From the NCBI GenBank assembly GCA_964016885.1, contig OZ024743.1, forward strand, positions 132,990,001 to 133,054,000: DNA of 64,000 nt. The letters run 5' to 3'. The position numbers and the translations under genes were made by a program. The DNA is from Eledone cirrhosa. Taxonomy: Eukaryota. Under the pieces are notes generated by a model. The model made no database searches. It saw only the letters and a program-made list of their open reading frames with translations, and was not told the origin of the DNA. Shown piece after piece: positions 37,716 to 49,700 of the stretch (its first letter is position 1; each line of letters opens with the position of its first letter).

Positions 37716-40700
37716 TTTGGTGCTTGGTGCTTAGTGTTTGGTGCTAGGTGCTTGGTGTTTGGTGCTTGGTGTTTGGTGCTTGGTGCTTGGTGTTTGGTGT
37801 TTGGTGTTTGGTGTTTGGTGTTTGCTGCTTGGTGCTTGGTGTTTGGTGTTTGGTGCTTGGTGCTTGGTGCTTGGTGTTTGGTGTTTGGTGTTTGGTGCTT
37901 GGTGCTTGGTGTTTGGTGCTTGGTGCTGAGTGGTTGGTGTTTGGTGCTTGGTGTTTGGTGCTGGGTGCTTGGTTTTTGGTCCTGGGTGCTTGGTGTTTGG
38001 TGCTTGGTGCTTGGTGCTTGGTGTTTGGTGCTTGGTGCTTGGTGTTTGGTGCTTGGTGCTTAGTGTTTGGTGCTAGGTGCTTGGTGTTTGGTGCTTGGTG
38101 TTTGGTGCTTGGTGCTTGGTGTTTGCTGTTTGTTGTTTGGTGTTTGTTGTTTGGTGTTTGTTGTTTGGTGTTTGCTGTTTGGTGTTTGGTGTTTGCTATT
38201 TGGTGTTTGGTGTTTGCTCTATGTTGTTTGCTGTTTGGTGTTTGGTGTTTGGTGTTTGGTGTTTGGTGTTTGGTGTTTGGTGCTTGGTGTTTGGTGCTTG
38301 GTGCTTGGTGTTTGGTGCCTGGTGCTTGGTGCTTGATGCTTGGTGTTTGGTTTTTGGTGCTTGGTGCTTGGTGCTTGGTCCTTGGTGTTTGGTGCTGGGT
38401 GCTTTGTGTTTGGTGCTTGGTGCTTGGTGCTTGGTGTTTGGTGTTTGGTGTTTGCTGCTTGGTGTTTGATGCTTGGTGCTTGGTGCTTGGTGTTTTGTGT
38501 TTGTTGCTTGGTGCTTGGTGTTTGGTGCTTGGTGCTTGGTGCTTGGTGTTTGTACTTGGTGCTTGGTGCTTGGTGTTTGGTTCTTGGTTCTTGGTGTTTG
38601 GTGTTTTGCGTTTGGTGTTTGGTGCTTGGTGTTTGGTGCTTGGTGCTTGGTGTTTGGTGCCTGGTGCTTGGTGCTTGGTGCTTGGTGTTTGGTGTTTGGT
38701 GCTTGGTGCTTGGAGTTTGGTGTTTGGTGCTTGGTGCTTGGTGCTTGGTCCTTGGTGTTTGGTGCAGGGTGCTTTGTGTTTGGTGATTGGTGCTTGGTGT
38801 TTGGTGTTTGCTGCTTGGTGCATGGTGCTTGGTGTTTCTACTTGGTGCTTGGTGCTTGGTGTTTGGTTCTTGGTTCTTGGTGTTTGGTGTTTGGTGTTTG
38901 CTGTTTGGTGTTTGGTCTTTGGTGCTTGGTGTTTGGTGCTTGGTGTTTGGTGTTTGGTGCTTGGTGCTTGGTGCTTGGTGTTTGGTGCTTGGTGCTTGGT
39001 GTTTTGTGTTTCGTGTTTGGTTTTTGGTGCTTGGTGCTTGGTGCTTGGTCCTTGGTGTTAGGTGCTGGGTGCTTTGTGTTTGGTGCTTGGTGCTTGGTGT
39101 TTGGTGTTTGCTGCTTGGTGCTTGATGCTTGGTGTTTGGTGCTTGGGGCTTGGTGCTTGGTGTTTGTACTTGGTGCTTAGTGCTTGGTGTTTGGTTCTTG
39201 GTTCTTGGTGTTTGGTGCTTGGCATTTGGTGTTTGGTGCTTGGTGCTTGGTGTTTGGTGCTTGGTGCTTGGTGTTTGGTGCCTGGTGCTTGGTGCTTGGT
39301 GCTTGGTGTTTGGAGTTTGGTGTTTGGTGCTTGGTGCTTGGTGCTTGGTCCTTGGTGTTTGGTGCTGGGTGCTTTGTGTTTGGTGATTGGTGCTTGGTGT
39401 TTGGTGTTTGCTGCTTGGTGTTTGATGCTTGGTGCTTGGTGTTTTGTGTTTGGTGCTTGGTGCTTGGTGTTTGGTGCTTGGTGCTTGGTGCTTGGTGTTT
39501 GTACTTGGTGCTTGGTGTTTGGTGTTTGGTTCTTGGTTCTTGGTGTTTGGTACTTGGTGCTTGGTGCTTGGATCTTGGTGTTAGGTATTTGGTGCTTGGT
39601 GCTTCGTGTTTGGTGCTTGGTGTTTGGTGTTTGCTGTTTGGAGTTTGGTGTTTGGTGTTTGGTTTTGCTGTCTGGTGTCTGCTTTTTGGTGTTTAGTGTT
39701 TGCTGTATGGTGTTTGCTGTTTCGTGTTTGGTGTTTGCTGTTTGGTGTTTGGTCTTTGGTGCTTGGTGTTTGGTGCTTGGTGTTTGGTGTTTGGTGCTTG
39801 CTGCTTGGTGTTTGGTGTTTGGTGCTTGGTGCTTGGTGTTTGGTGTTTAGTGTTTGGTGCTTGGTGTCTGGTGCTTGGTGTTTGGTGTTTGGTGCTTGGT
39901 GTTTGGTGTTTGGTGATTGGTGCTTGGTGTTTGGTGTTTGCTGCTTGGTGTTTGATGCTTGGTGCTTGGTGTTTTGTGTTTGGTGCTTGGTGCTTGGTGT
40001 TTGGTGCTTGGTGCTTGGTGCTTGGTGTTTGTACTTGGTGCTTGGTGCTTGGTGTTTGGTTCTTGGTTCTTGGTGTTTGGTACTTGGTGCTTGGTGTTTG
40101 GTGTTTGCTGTTTGGTGTTTGGTGTTTGGTGTTTGGTGTTTGCTGTTTGGTGTCTGCTTTTTGGTGTTTAGTGTTTGCTGTATGGTGTTTGGTGTTTGCT
40201 GTTTCGTGTTTGGTCTTTGGTGCTTGGTGTTTGGTGCTCGGTGCTTGGTGTTTGGTATTCGGTGCTTGGTGCTTGGTGTTTGGTGCTTGGTGTTTGGTGT
40301 TTGGTGTTTGGTGCTTGGTGTCTGGTGCTTGGTGTTTGGTGCTTGGTGTTTGGTGTTTGGTGCTTGGTGTTTGGTGTTTGGTGTTTGGTGCTTGGTGCTT
40401 GGTGTTTGGTGTCTGGTGTTTGGTGCTTGGTGTCTGGTGCTTGGTGTTTGGTGTTTGGTGCTTGGTGTTTGGTGTTTGGTGTTTGGTGCTTGGTGCTTGG
40501 TGCTTGGTGTTTGGTGTTTGGTGTTTGGTGCTTGGTGCTTGGTGTTTGGTGCTTGGTGCTGAGTGGTTGGTGTTTGGTGCTTGGTGTTTGGTGCTGGGTG
40601 CTTGGTTTTTGGTCCTGGGTGCTTGGTGTTTGGTGCTTGGTGCTTGGTGCTTGGTGTTTGGTGCTTGGTGCTTGGTGTTTGGTGCTTGGTGCTTAGTGTT

Positions 40701-43700
40701 TGGTGCTAGGTGCTTGGTGTTTGGTGCTTGGTGTTTGGTGCTTGGTGCTTGGTGTTTGGTGTTTGGTGTTTGGTGCTTGGTGTTTGGTGCTTGGTGCTTG
40801 GTGTTTGGTGTTTGGTGCTTGGTGCTTGGTGCTTGGAGTTTGGTGTTTGGTGTTTGGTGCTTGGTGCTTGGTGTTTGGTGCTTGGTGCTGAGTGGTTGGT
40901 GTTTGGTGCTTGGTGTTTGGTGCTGGGTGCTTGGTTTTTGGTCCTGGGTGCTTGGTGTTTGGTGCTTGGTGCTTGGTGCTTGGTGTTTGGTGCTTGGTGC
41001 TTGGTTTTTGGTGCTTGGTGCTTAGTGTTTGGTGCTAGGTGCTTGGTGTTTGGTGCTTGGTGTTTGGTGCTTGGTGCTTGGTGTTTGGTGTTTGGTGTTT
41101 GGTGTTTGGTGTTTGCTGCTTGGTGCTTGGTGTTTGGTGTTTGGTGCTTGGTGCTTGGTGCTTGGTGTTTGGTGTTTGGTGTTTGGTGCTTGGTGCTTGG
41201 TGTTTGGTGCTTGGTGCTGAGTGGTTGGTGTTTGGTGCTTGGTGTTTGGTGCTGGGTGCTTGGTTTTTGGTCCTGGGTGCTTGGTGTTTGGTGCTTGGTG
41301 CTTGGTGCTTGGTGTTTGGTGCTTGGTGCTTGGTGTTTGGTGCTTGGTGCTTAGTGTTTGGTGCTAGGTGCTTGGTGTTTGGTGCTTGGTGTTTGGTGCT
41401 TGGTGCTTGGTGTTTGCTGTTTGTTGTTTGGTGTTTGTTGTTTGGTGTTTGTTGTTTGGTGTTTGCTGTTTGGTGTTTGGTGTTTGCTATTTGGTGTTTG
41501 GTGTTTGCTCTATGTTGTTTGCTGTTTGGTGTTTGGTGTTTGGTGTTTGGTGTTTGGTGTTTGGTGTTTGGTGCTTGGTGTTTGGTGCTTGGTGCTTGGT
41601 GTTTGGTGCCTGGTGCTTGGTGCTTGATGCTTGGTGTTTGGTTTTTGGTGCTTGGTGCTTGGTGCTTGGTCCTTGGTGTTTGGTGCTGGGTGCTTTGTGT
41701 TTGGTGCTTGGTGCTTGGTGCTTGGTGTTTGGTGTTTGGTGTTTGCTGCTTGGTGTTTGATGCTTGGTGCTTGGTGCTTGGTGTTTTGTGTTTGTTGCTT
41801 GGTGCTTGGTGTTTGGTGCTTGGTGCTTGGTGCTTGGTGTTTGTACTTGGTGCTTGGTGCTTGGTGTTTGGTTCTTGGTTCTTGGTGTTTGGTGTTTTGC
41901 GTTTGGTGTTTGGTGCTTGGTGTTTGGTGCTTGGTGCTTGGTGTTTGGTGCCTGGTGCTTGGTGCTTGGTGCTTGGTGTTTGGTGTTTGGTGCTTGGTGC
42001 TTGGAGTTTGGTGTTTGGTGCTTGGTGCTTGGTGCTTGGTCCTTGGTGTTTGGTGCAGGGTGCTTTGTGTTTGGTGATTGGTGCTTGGTGTTTGGTGTTT
42101 GCTGCTTGGTGCATGGTGCTTGGTGTTTCTACTTGGTGCTTGGTGCTTGGTGTTTGGTTCTTGGTTCTTGGTGTTTGGTGTTTGGTGTTTGCTGTTTGGT
42201 GTTTGGTCTTTGGTGCTTGGTGTTTGGTGCTTGGTGTTTGGTGTTTGGTGCTTGGTGCTTGGTGCTTGGTGTTTGGTGCTTGGTGCTTGGTGTTTTGTGT
42301 TTCGTGTTTGGTTTTTGGTGCTTGGTGCTTGGTGCTTGGTCCTTGGTGTTAGGTGCTGGGTGCTTTGTGTTTGGTGCTTGGTGCTTGGTGTTTGGTGTTT
42401 GCTGCTTGGTGCTTGATGCTTGGTGTTTGGTGCTTGGGGCTTGGTGCTTGGTGTTTGTACTTGGTGCTTAGTGCTTGGTGTTTGGTTCTTGGTTCTTGGT
42501 GTTTGGTGCTTGGCATTTGGTGTTTGGTGCTTGGTGCTTGGTGTTTGGTGCTTGGTGCTTGGTGTTTGGTGCCTGGTGCTTGGTGCTTGGTGCTTGGTGT
42601 TTGGAGTTTGGTGTTTGGTGCTTGGTGCTTGGTGCTTGGTCCTTGGTGTTTGGTGCTGGGTGCTTTGTGTTTGGTGATTGGTGCTTGGTGTTTGGTGTTT
42701 GCTGCTTGGTGTTTGATGCTTGGTGCTTGGTGTTTTGTGTTTGGTGCTTGGTGCTTGGTGTTTGGTGCTTGGTGCTTGGTGCTTGGTGTTTGTACTTGGT
42801 GCTTGGTGTTTGGTGTTTGGTTCTTGGTTCTTGGTGTTTGGTACTTGGTGCTTGGTGCTTGGATCTTGGTGTTAGGTATTTGGTGCTTGGTGCTTCGTGT
42901 TTGGTGCTTGGTGTTTGGTGTTTGCTGTTTGGAGTTTGGTGTTTGGTGTTTGGTTTTGCTGTCTGGTGTCTGCTTTTTGGTGTTTAGTGTTTGCTGTATG
43001 GTGTTTGCTGTTTCGTGTTTGGTGTTTGCTGTTTGGTGTTTGGTCTTTGGTGCTTGGTGTTTGGTGCTTGGTGTTTGGTGTTTGGTGCTTGCTGCTTGGT
43101 GTTTGGTGTTTGGTGCTTGGTGCTTGGTGTTTGGTGTTTAGTGTTTGGTGCTTGGTGTCTGGTGCTTGGTGTTTGGTGTTTGGTGCTTGGTGTTTGGTGT
43201 TTGGTGATTGGTGCTTGGTGTTTGGTGTTTGCTGCTTGGTGTTTGATGCTTGGTGCTTGGTGTTTTGTGTTTGGTGCTTGGTGCTTGGTGTTTGGTGCTT
43301 GGTGCTTGGTGCTTGGTGTTTGTACTTGGTGCTTGGTGCTTGGTGTTTGGTTCTTGGTTCTTGGTGTTTGGTACTTGGTGCTTGGTGTTTGGTGTTTGCT
43401 GTTTGGTGTTTGGTGTTTGGTGTTTGGTGTTTGCTGTTTGGTGTCTGCTTTTTGGTGTTTAGTGTTTGCTGTATGGTGTTTGGTGTTTGCTGTTTCGTGT
43501 TTGGTCTTTGGTGCTTGGTGTTTGGTGCTCGGTGCTTGGTGTTTGGTATTCGGTGCTTGGTGCTTGGTGTTTGGTGCTTGGTGTTTGGTGTTTGGTGTTT
43601 GGTGCTTGGTGTCTGGTGCTTGGTGTTTGGTGCTTGGTGTTTGGTGTTTGGTGCTTGGTGTTTGGTGTTTGGTGTTTGGTGCTTGGTGCTTGGTGTTTGG

Positions 43701-44395
43701 TGTCTGGTGTTTGGTGCTTGGTGTCTGGTGCTTGGTGTTTGGTGTTTGGTGCTTGGTGTTTGGTGTTTGGTGTTTGGTGCTTGGTGCTTGGTGCTTGGTG
43801 TTTGGTGTTTGGTGTTTGGTGCTTGGTGCTTGGTGTTTGGTGCTTGGTGCTGAGTGGTTGGTGTTTGGTGCTTGGTGTTTGGTGCTGGGTGCTTGGTTTT
43901 TGGTCCTGGGTGCTTGGTGTTTGGTGCTTGGTGCTTGGTGCTTGGTGTTTGGTGCTTGGTGCTTGGTGTTTGGTGCTTGGTGCTTAGTGTTTGGTGCTAG
44001 GTGCTTGGTGTTTGGTGCTTGGTGTTTGGTGCTTGGTGCTTGGTGTTTGGTGTTTGGTGTTTGGTGCTTGGTGTTTGGTGCTTGGTGCTTGGTGTTTGGT
44101 GTTTGGTGCTTGGTGCTTGGTGCTTGGAGTTTGGTGTTTGGTGTTTGGTGCTTGGTGCTTGGTGTTTGGTGCTTGGTGCTGAGTGGTTGGTGTTTGGTGC
44201 TTGGTGTTTGGTGCTGGGTGCTTGGTTTTTGGTCCTGGGTGCTTGGTGTTTGGTGCTTGGTGCTTGGTGCTTGGTGTTTGGTGCTTGGTGCTTGGTTTTT
44301 GGTGCTTGGTGCTTAGTGTTTGGTGCTAGGTGCTTGGTGTTTGGTGCTTGGTGTTTGGTGCTTGGTGCTTGGTGTTTGGTGTTTGGTGTTTGGTG
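37716..44395 (+). repeat. Tandem duplication, period 3291 bp, with an internal 308/329-bp sub-repeat
   Basis: Apparently identical ORF translations 37748..39061 / 41039..42352, 39062..39850 / 42353..43141 and 39700..41025 / 42991..44316. The CTGAGTGG marker has its A at 37621, 37929, 40562, 40891, 41220, 43853 and 44182. Confidence 0.94.
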
Positions 44396-46597
44396 CTTGG
44401 TGCTTGGTGTTTGCTGTTTGGTGTTTGGTGTTTGTTGTTTGGTGTTTGTTGTTTGGTGTTTGCTGTTTGGTGTTTGGTGTTTGCTATTTGGTGTTTGGTG
44501 TTTGCTGTATGTTGTTTGCTGTTTGGTGTTTGGTGTTTGGTGTTTGGTGTTTGGTGTTTGGTGCTTGGTGTTTGGTGCTTGGTGCTTGGTGTTTGGTGCC
44601 TGGTGCTTGGTGCTTGATACTTGGTGTTTGGTTTTTGGTGCTTGGTGCTTGGTGCTTGGTCCTTGGTGTTTGGTGCTTGGTGCTTGGTGTTTGGTGCTTG
44701 GTGCTTGGTGCTTGGTGTTTGTACTTGGTGCTTGGTGCTTGGTGTTTGGTTCTTGGTTCTTGGTGTTTGGTGTTTTGCGTTTGGTGTTTGGTGCTTGGTG
44801 TTTGGTGCTTGGTGCTTGGTGTTTGGTGCCTGGTGCTTGGTGCTTGGAGTTTGGTGTTTGGTGCTTGGTGCTTGGTGCTTGGTCCTTGGTGTTTGGTGCT
44901 GGGTGCTTTGTGTTTGGTGATTGGTGCTTGGTGTTTGGTGTTTGCTGCTTGGTGTTTGATGCTTGGTGTTTTGTATTTGGTGCTTGGTGCTTGGTGTTTG
45001 GTGCTTGGTGCTTGGTGCTTGGTGTTTCTACTTGGTGCTTGGTGCTTGGTGTTTGGTTCTTGGTTCTTGGTGTTTGGTACTTGGTGCTTGGTGCTTGGTG
45101 CTTGATGTTTGGTGTTTGGTGCTTGGTGTTTGGTGCTTGGTGGTTGGTGCTTGGTGCTTGGTGCTTGGTGTTAGGTATTTGGTGCTTGGTGCTTGGTGTT
45201 TGGTGCTTGGTGTTTGGTGTTTGCTGTTTGGTGTTTGGTGTTTGCTGTTTGGTGTTTGCTGTTTGGTGTTTGGTGTTTGCTGTTTGGTGTTTGGTCTTTG
45301 GTGCTTGGTGTTTGGTGCTTGGTGTGTGGTGTTTGGTGCTTGGTGCTTGGTGTTTGGTGTTTGGTGCTTGGTGCTTGGTGTTTGGTGCTTGGTGCTTGGT
45401 GTTTGGTGTTTGGTGCTTGGTGTTTGGTGTTTGGTGCTTGTTGCTTGGTGCTTGATGTTTGGTGCTTGGTGCTTGGTGTTTGGTGCTGGGTGTTTGGTGT
45501 TTGGTGCTTGGTGCTTGGTGTTTGGTGCTTGGTGCTGAGTGGTTGGTGTTTGGTGCTTGGTGTTTGGTGCTGGGTGCTTGGTGTTTGGTGCTTGGTGCTT
45601 GGTCTTTGGTGCTTGGTTTTTGGTGCTTGGTGTTTGGTGCTTGGTGCTTGGTGTTTGGTGCTTGGTGCTTGGTGTTTGCTGTTTGCTGTTTGGTGTTTGT
45701 TGTTTGGTGTTTGTTGTTTGGTGTTTGCTGTTTGGTGTTTGGTGTTTGCTTTTTGGTGTTTGGTGTTTGCTGTATGTTGTTTGCTGTTTGGTGTTTGGTG
45801 TTTGGTGTTTGGTGCTTGGTGTTTGGTGCTTGGTGCTTGGTGCTTGGTGTTTGGTGTTTGGTGCTTGGTGCTTGGTGTTTTGTGTTTCGTGTTTGGTTTT
45901 TGGTGCTTGGTGCTTGGTGCTTGGTCCTTGGTGTTAGGTGCTGGGTGCTTTGTGTTTGGTGCTTGGTGCTTGGTGTTTGGTGTTTGCTGCTTGGTGCTTG
46001 ATGCTTGGTGTTTGGTGCTTGGTGCTTGGTGCTTGGTGTTTGTACTTGGTGCTTGGTGCTTGGTGTTTGGTTCTTGGTTCTTGGTGTTTGGTGTTTGGCA
46101 TTTGGTGTTTGGTGCTTGGTGCTTGGTGTTTGGTGCTTGGTGCTTGGTGTTTGGTGCCTGGTGCTTGGTGCTTGGTGCTTGGTGTTTGGTGTTTGGGGCT
46201 TGGTGCTTGGAGTTTGGTGTTTGGTGCTTGGTGCTTGGTGCTTGGTGTTTGGTGCTGGGTGCTTTGTGTTTGGTGATTGGTGCTTGGTGTTTGGTGTTTG
46301 CTGCTTGGTGTTTGATGCTTGGTGCTTGGTGTTTTGTGTTTGGTGCTTGGTGCTTGGTGTTTGGTGCTTGGTGCTTGGTGCTTGGTGTTTGTACTTGGTG
46401 CTTGGTGTTTGGTGTTTGGTTCTTGGTTCTTGGTGTTTGGTACTTGGTGCTTGGTGCTTGGTGCTTGGTGTTAGGTATTTGGTGCTTGGTGCTTCGTGTT
46501 TGGTGCTTGGTGTTTGGTGTTTGCTGTTTGGAGTTTGGTGTTTGGTGTTTGGTTTTGCTGTCTGGTGTCTGCTTTTTGGTGTTTAGTGTTTGCTGTA

Positions 46598-46660
46598 TGG
46601 TGTTTGCTGTTTCGTGTTTGGTGTTTGCACCCAACACCAAACACCAAACAGCAAACACCA
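46598..46660. other. Satellite orientation-switch junction (inverted-repeat centre): 28-bp stem with 1 mismatch, 7-nt loop TGCACCC
   Basis: The sequence reads ...TTCGTGTTTGGTGTTTGC|ACCCAACACCAAACACCAAACAGCAAAC... 46614-46625 is perfectly complementary to 46633-46644. After one C/C mismatch (46613/46645), pairing continues to 46598/46660. Confidence 0.97.
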
Positions 46661-46772
46661 AACACCAAACACCAAACACCAAGCACCAAGCACCAAACAC
46701 CAAACACCAAGCACCAAGCACCAAACACCAAATACCAAGCACCAAGCACCAAGCACCAAGCACCAAACACCA

Positions 46773-49700
46773 AGCACCAAGCACCAAGCACCAAACACCA
46801 AGCACCAAACACCAAGCACCAGACACGAAGCACCAAGCACCAAATACCAAGCACCAAAAACCAAGCACCAAGCTCCAAGGACCAAACACCAAGCACCAAA
46901 CACCAAACACCAAGCACCAAGCATGAAACACCAAGCACCAAGCGCCAAACACCAAACACCAAGCACCAAGCACCAAATACCAAGCACCAAGCACCAAGCA
47001 CCAAACACCAAACACCAAACACCAAACAGCAAACAGCAAACTCCAAACACCAAACAAAAACAGCAAACACCAAACACCAAACAGCAAACACCAAACAGCA
47101 AACAGCAAACACCAAACACCAACCAGCAAACACCAAGCACCAAACACCAAGCACCAAGCAACAAGCACCAATCACCAAGCACCAAGCACTAAGCACAAAA
47201 CACCAAGCACCAAGCACCATGGACCAAACACCAAGCATCAAGCACCAAGCACCAAATGCCAAGCACCAAGCACCAAACACCAAGCACCAAGCACCATGCA
47301 CCAAACACCAAGCACCAAAGACCAAGCACCAAATACCAAGCACCAAGCACCAAACACCAATCACCAAGCACCAAGCACCAAACACCAAGAACCCAGCACC
47401 AATCACTAAACACCAAACACCAAGCACCAAGCACCAAGTACCAAACTCCAAACACCAAACACCAAGCACCAAGCACCAAATCGCAAGCACCAAACACCAA
47501 GCACCAAGCACCAAACACCAAACACCAAGCACCAAGCACCATGCACCAATCACCAAACACCAAGCACCAAGCACCAAACACCATACACTAAGCACCAAGC
47601 ACCAAACACCAAACACCAAGCACCTAGCACCAAGCACCAAGCACCAAGCACCAAACACCAAGCACCAAGCACCAAGCCCCAAACACCAAGCACCAAACAC
47701 CAAGCACCAGACACGAAGCACCAAGCACCAAATACCAAGCACCAAAAACCAAGCACCAAGCTCCAAGGACCAAACACCAAGCACCAAACACCAAACACCA
47801 AGCACCAAGCATGAAACACCAAGCACCAAGCGCCAAACACCAAACACCAAGCACCAAGCACCAAATACCAAGCACCAAGCACCAAGCACCAAGCACCAAA
47901 CACCAAACACCAAACACCAAACACAAAACTGCAAACAGCAAACTCCAAACACCAAACACCAAACAGCAAACACCAAACACCAAACAGCAAACACCAAACA
48001 GCAAACACCAAACACCAACCAGCAAACACCAAACACCAAACACCAAACACCAAACAGCAAACGCCAAACAGCAAACGCCAAACACCAAACGCCAAACAGT
48101 AAGCACCAAGCACCAAACACCAAACACCAAGCACCAAGCACCAAACACCAAACACCAAGCACCAAGCACCAAACACCAAACACCAAGCACCAAGCACTAA
48201 ACACCAAACACCAAGCACCAAGCACCAAGCCCCAAACACCAAGCACCAAGCACCAAGCACCAAACACCAAGCACCAAGCACCAAACACGAACCAGCAAAC
48301 ACCAAACATCAAACACCAAACAGCAAACACAAAACACCAAACACCAAATAGCAAACGCCAAAAAGCAAACGCCAAACCCCAAACGCCAAACAGCAAACGC
48401 CAAGCACCAAACACCAAACACCAAGCGCCAAGCACCAAACACCAAACACCAAGCACCAAGCACCAAACACCAAACACCAAGCACCTAGCACCAAAGAGCA
48501 AACACCAAGCCCCAAGCACCAAACACCCAACACCAAACACCAAACATCAAACACCAATCACGAATCACCAAACAGCAAACAGCAAACACCAAACACCAAA
48601 CACCAAACACCAAGCACCAAGCACCAAACACCAAACACCAAGCACCAAGCACCAAACACCAAATACCAAGCACCAAGCACCAAGCACCAAGCACCAAACA
48701 CCAAGCACCAAGCACCAAGCACCAAACACCAAGCACCAAACACCAAGCACCAGACACGAAGCACCAAGCACCAAATACCAAGCACCAAAAACCAAGCACC
48801 AAGCTCCAAGGACCAAACACCAAGCACCAAACACCAAACACCAAGCACCAAGCATGAAACACCAAGCATGAAACACCAAGCACCAAGCGCCAAACACCAA
48901 ACACCAAGCACCAAGCACCAAATACCAAGCACCAAGCACCAAGCACCAAGCACCAAACACCAAACACCAAACACCAAACAGCAAACAGCAAACTCCAAAC
49001 ACCAAACACCAAACAGCAAACACCAAACACCAAACAGCAAACACAAAACAGCAAACAGCAAACACCAAACACCAACCAGCAAACACCAAGCACCAAACAC
49101 CAAGCACCAAGCAACAAGCACCAATCACCAAGCTCCAAGCACTAAACACCAAACACCAAGCACCAAGCACCATGGACCAAACACCAAGCATCAAGCACCA
49201 AGCACCAAACGCCAAGCACCAAGCACCAAACACCAAGCACCAAGCACCATGCACCAAACACCAAGCACCAAAGACCAAGCACCAAATACCAAGCACCAAG
49301 CACCAAACACCAATCACCAAGCACCAAGCACCAAACACCAAGAACCCAGCACCAATCACTAAACACCAAACACCAAGCACCAAGCACCAAGTACCAAACT
49401 CCAAACACCAAACACCAAGCACCAAGCACCAAATCGCAAGCACCAAACACCAAGCACCAAGCACCAAACACCAAACACCAAGCACCAAGCACCATGCACC
49501 AATCACCAAACACGAAGCACCAAGCACCAAAGACCAAACACTAAGCACCAAGCACCAAACACCAAACACCAAGCACCTAGCACCAAGCACCAAGCACCAA
49601 GCACCAAACACCAAGCACCAAGCACCAAGCCCCAAACACCAAGCACCAAACACCAAGCACCAGACACGAAGCACCAAGCACCAAATACCAAGCACCAAAA

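Larger units (their letters stand above)
1..46628 (+). repeat. Heptamer tandem satellite (TTGGTGY)n, G/T-rich strand on + (left arm), runs off the window start
   Basis: Uninterrupted TTGGTGC/TTGGTGT units with scattered single-base variants (TTGATGC, TAGGTGT, TTGCTGT, TTGTTGT, TTGGTAC, TTCGTGT) and a recurrent 6-bp unit TTGTAC. A is very rare on the + strand. Confidence 0.99.

Noticed and set aside
1-46628. Stable G-quadruplex array
   Set aside because: The consensus has only GG runs with 5-nt loops, so at best weak two-tier G4. This cannot be supported from sequence alone.
45193-48871. Apparent hydrophobic plus mucin-like two-domain proteins spanning the junction
   Set aside because: The domain boundary is simply the strand switch, and it appears in every frame on both strands.
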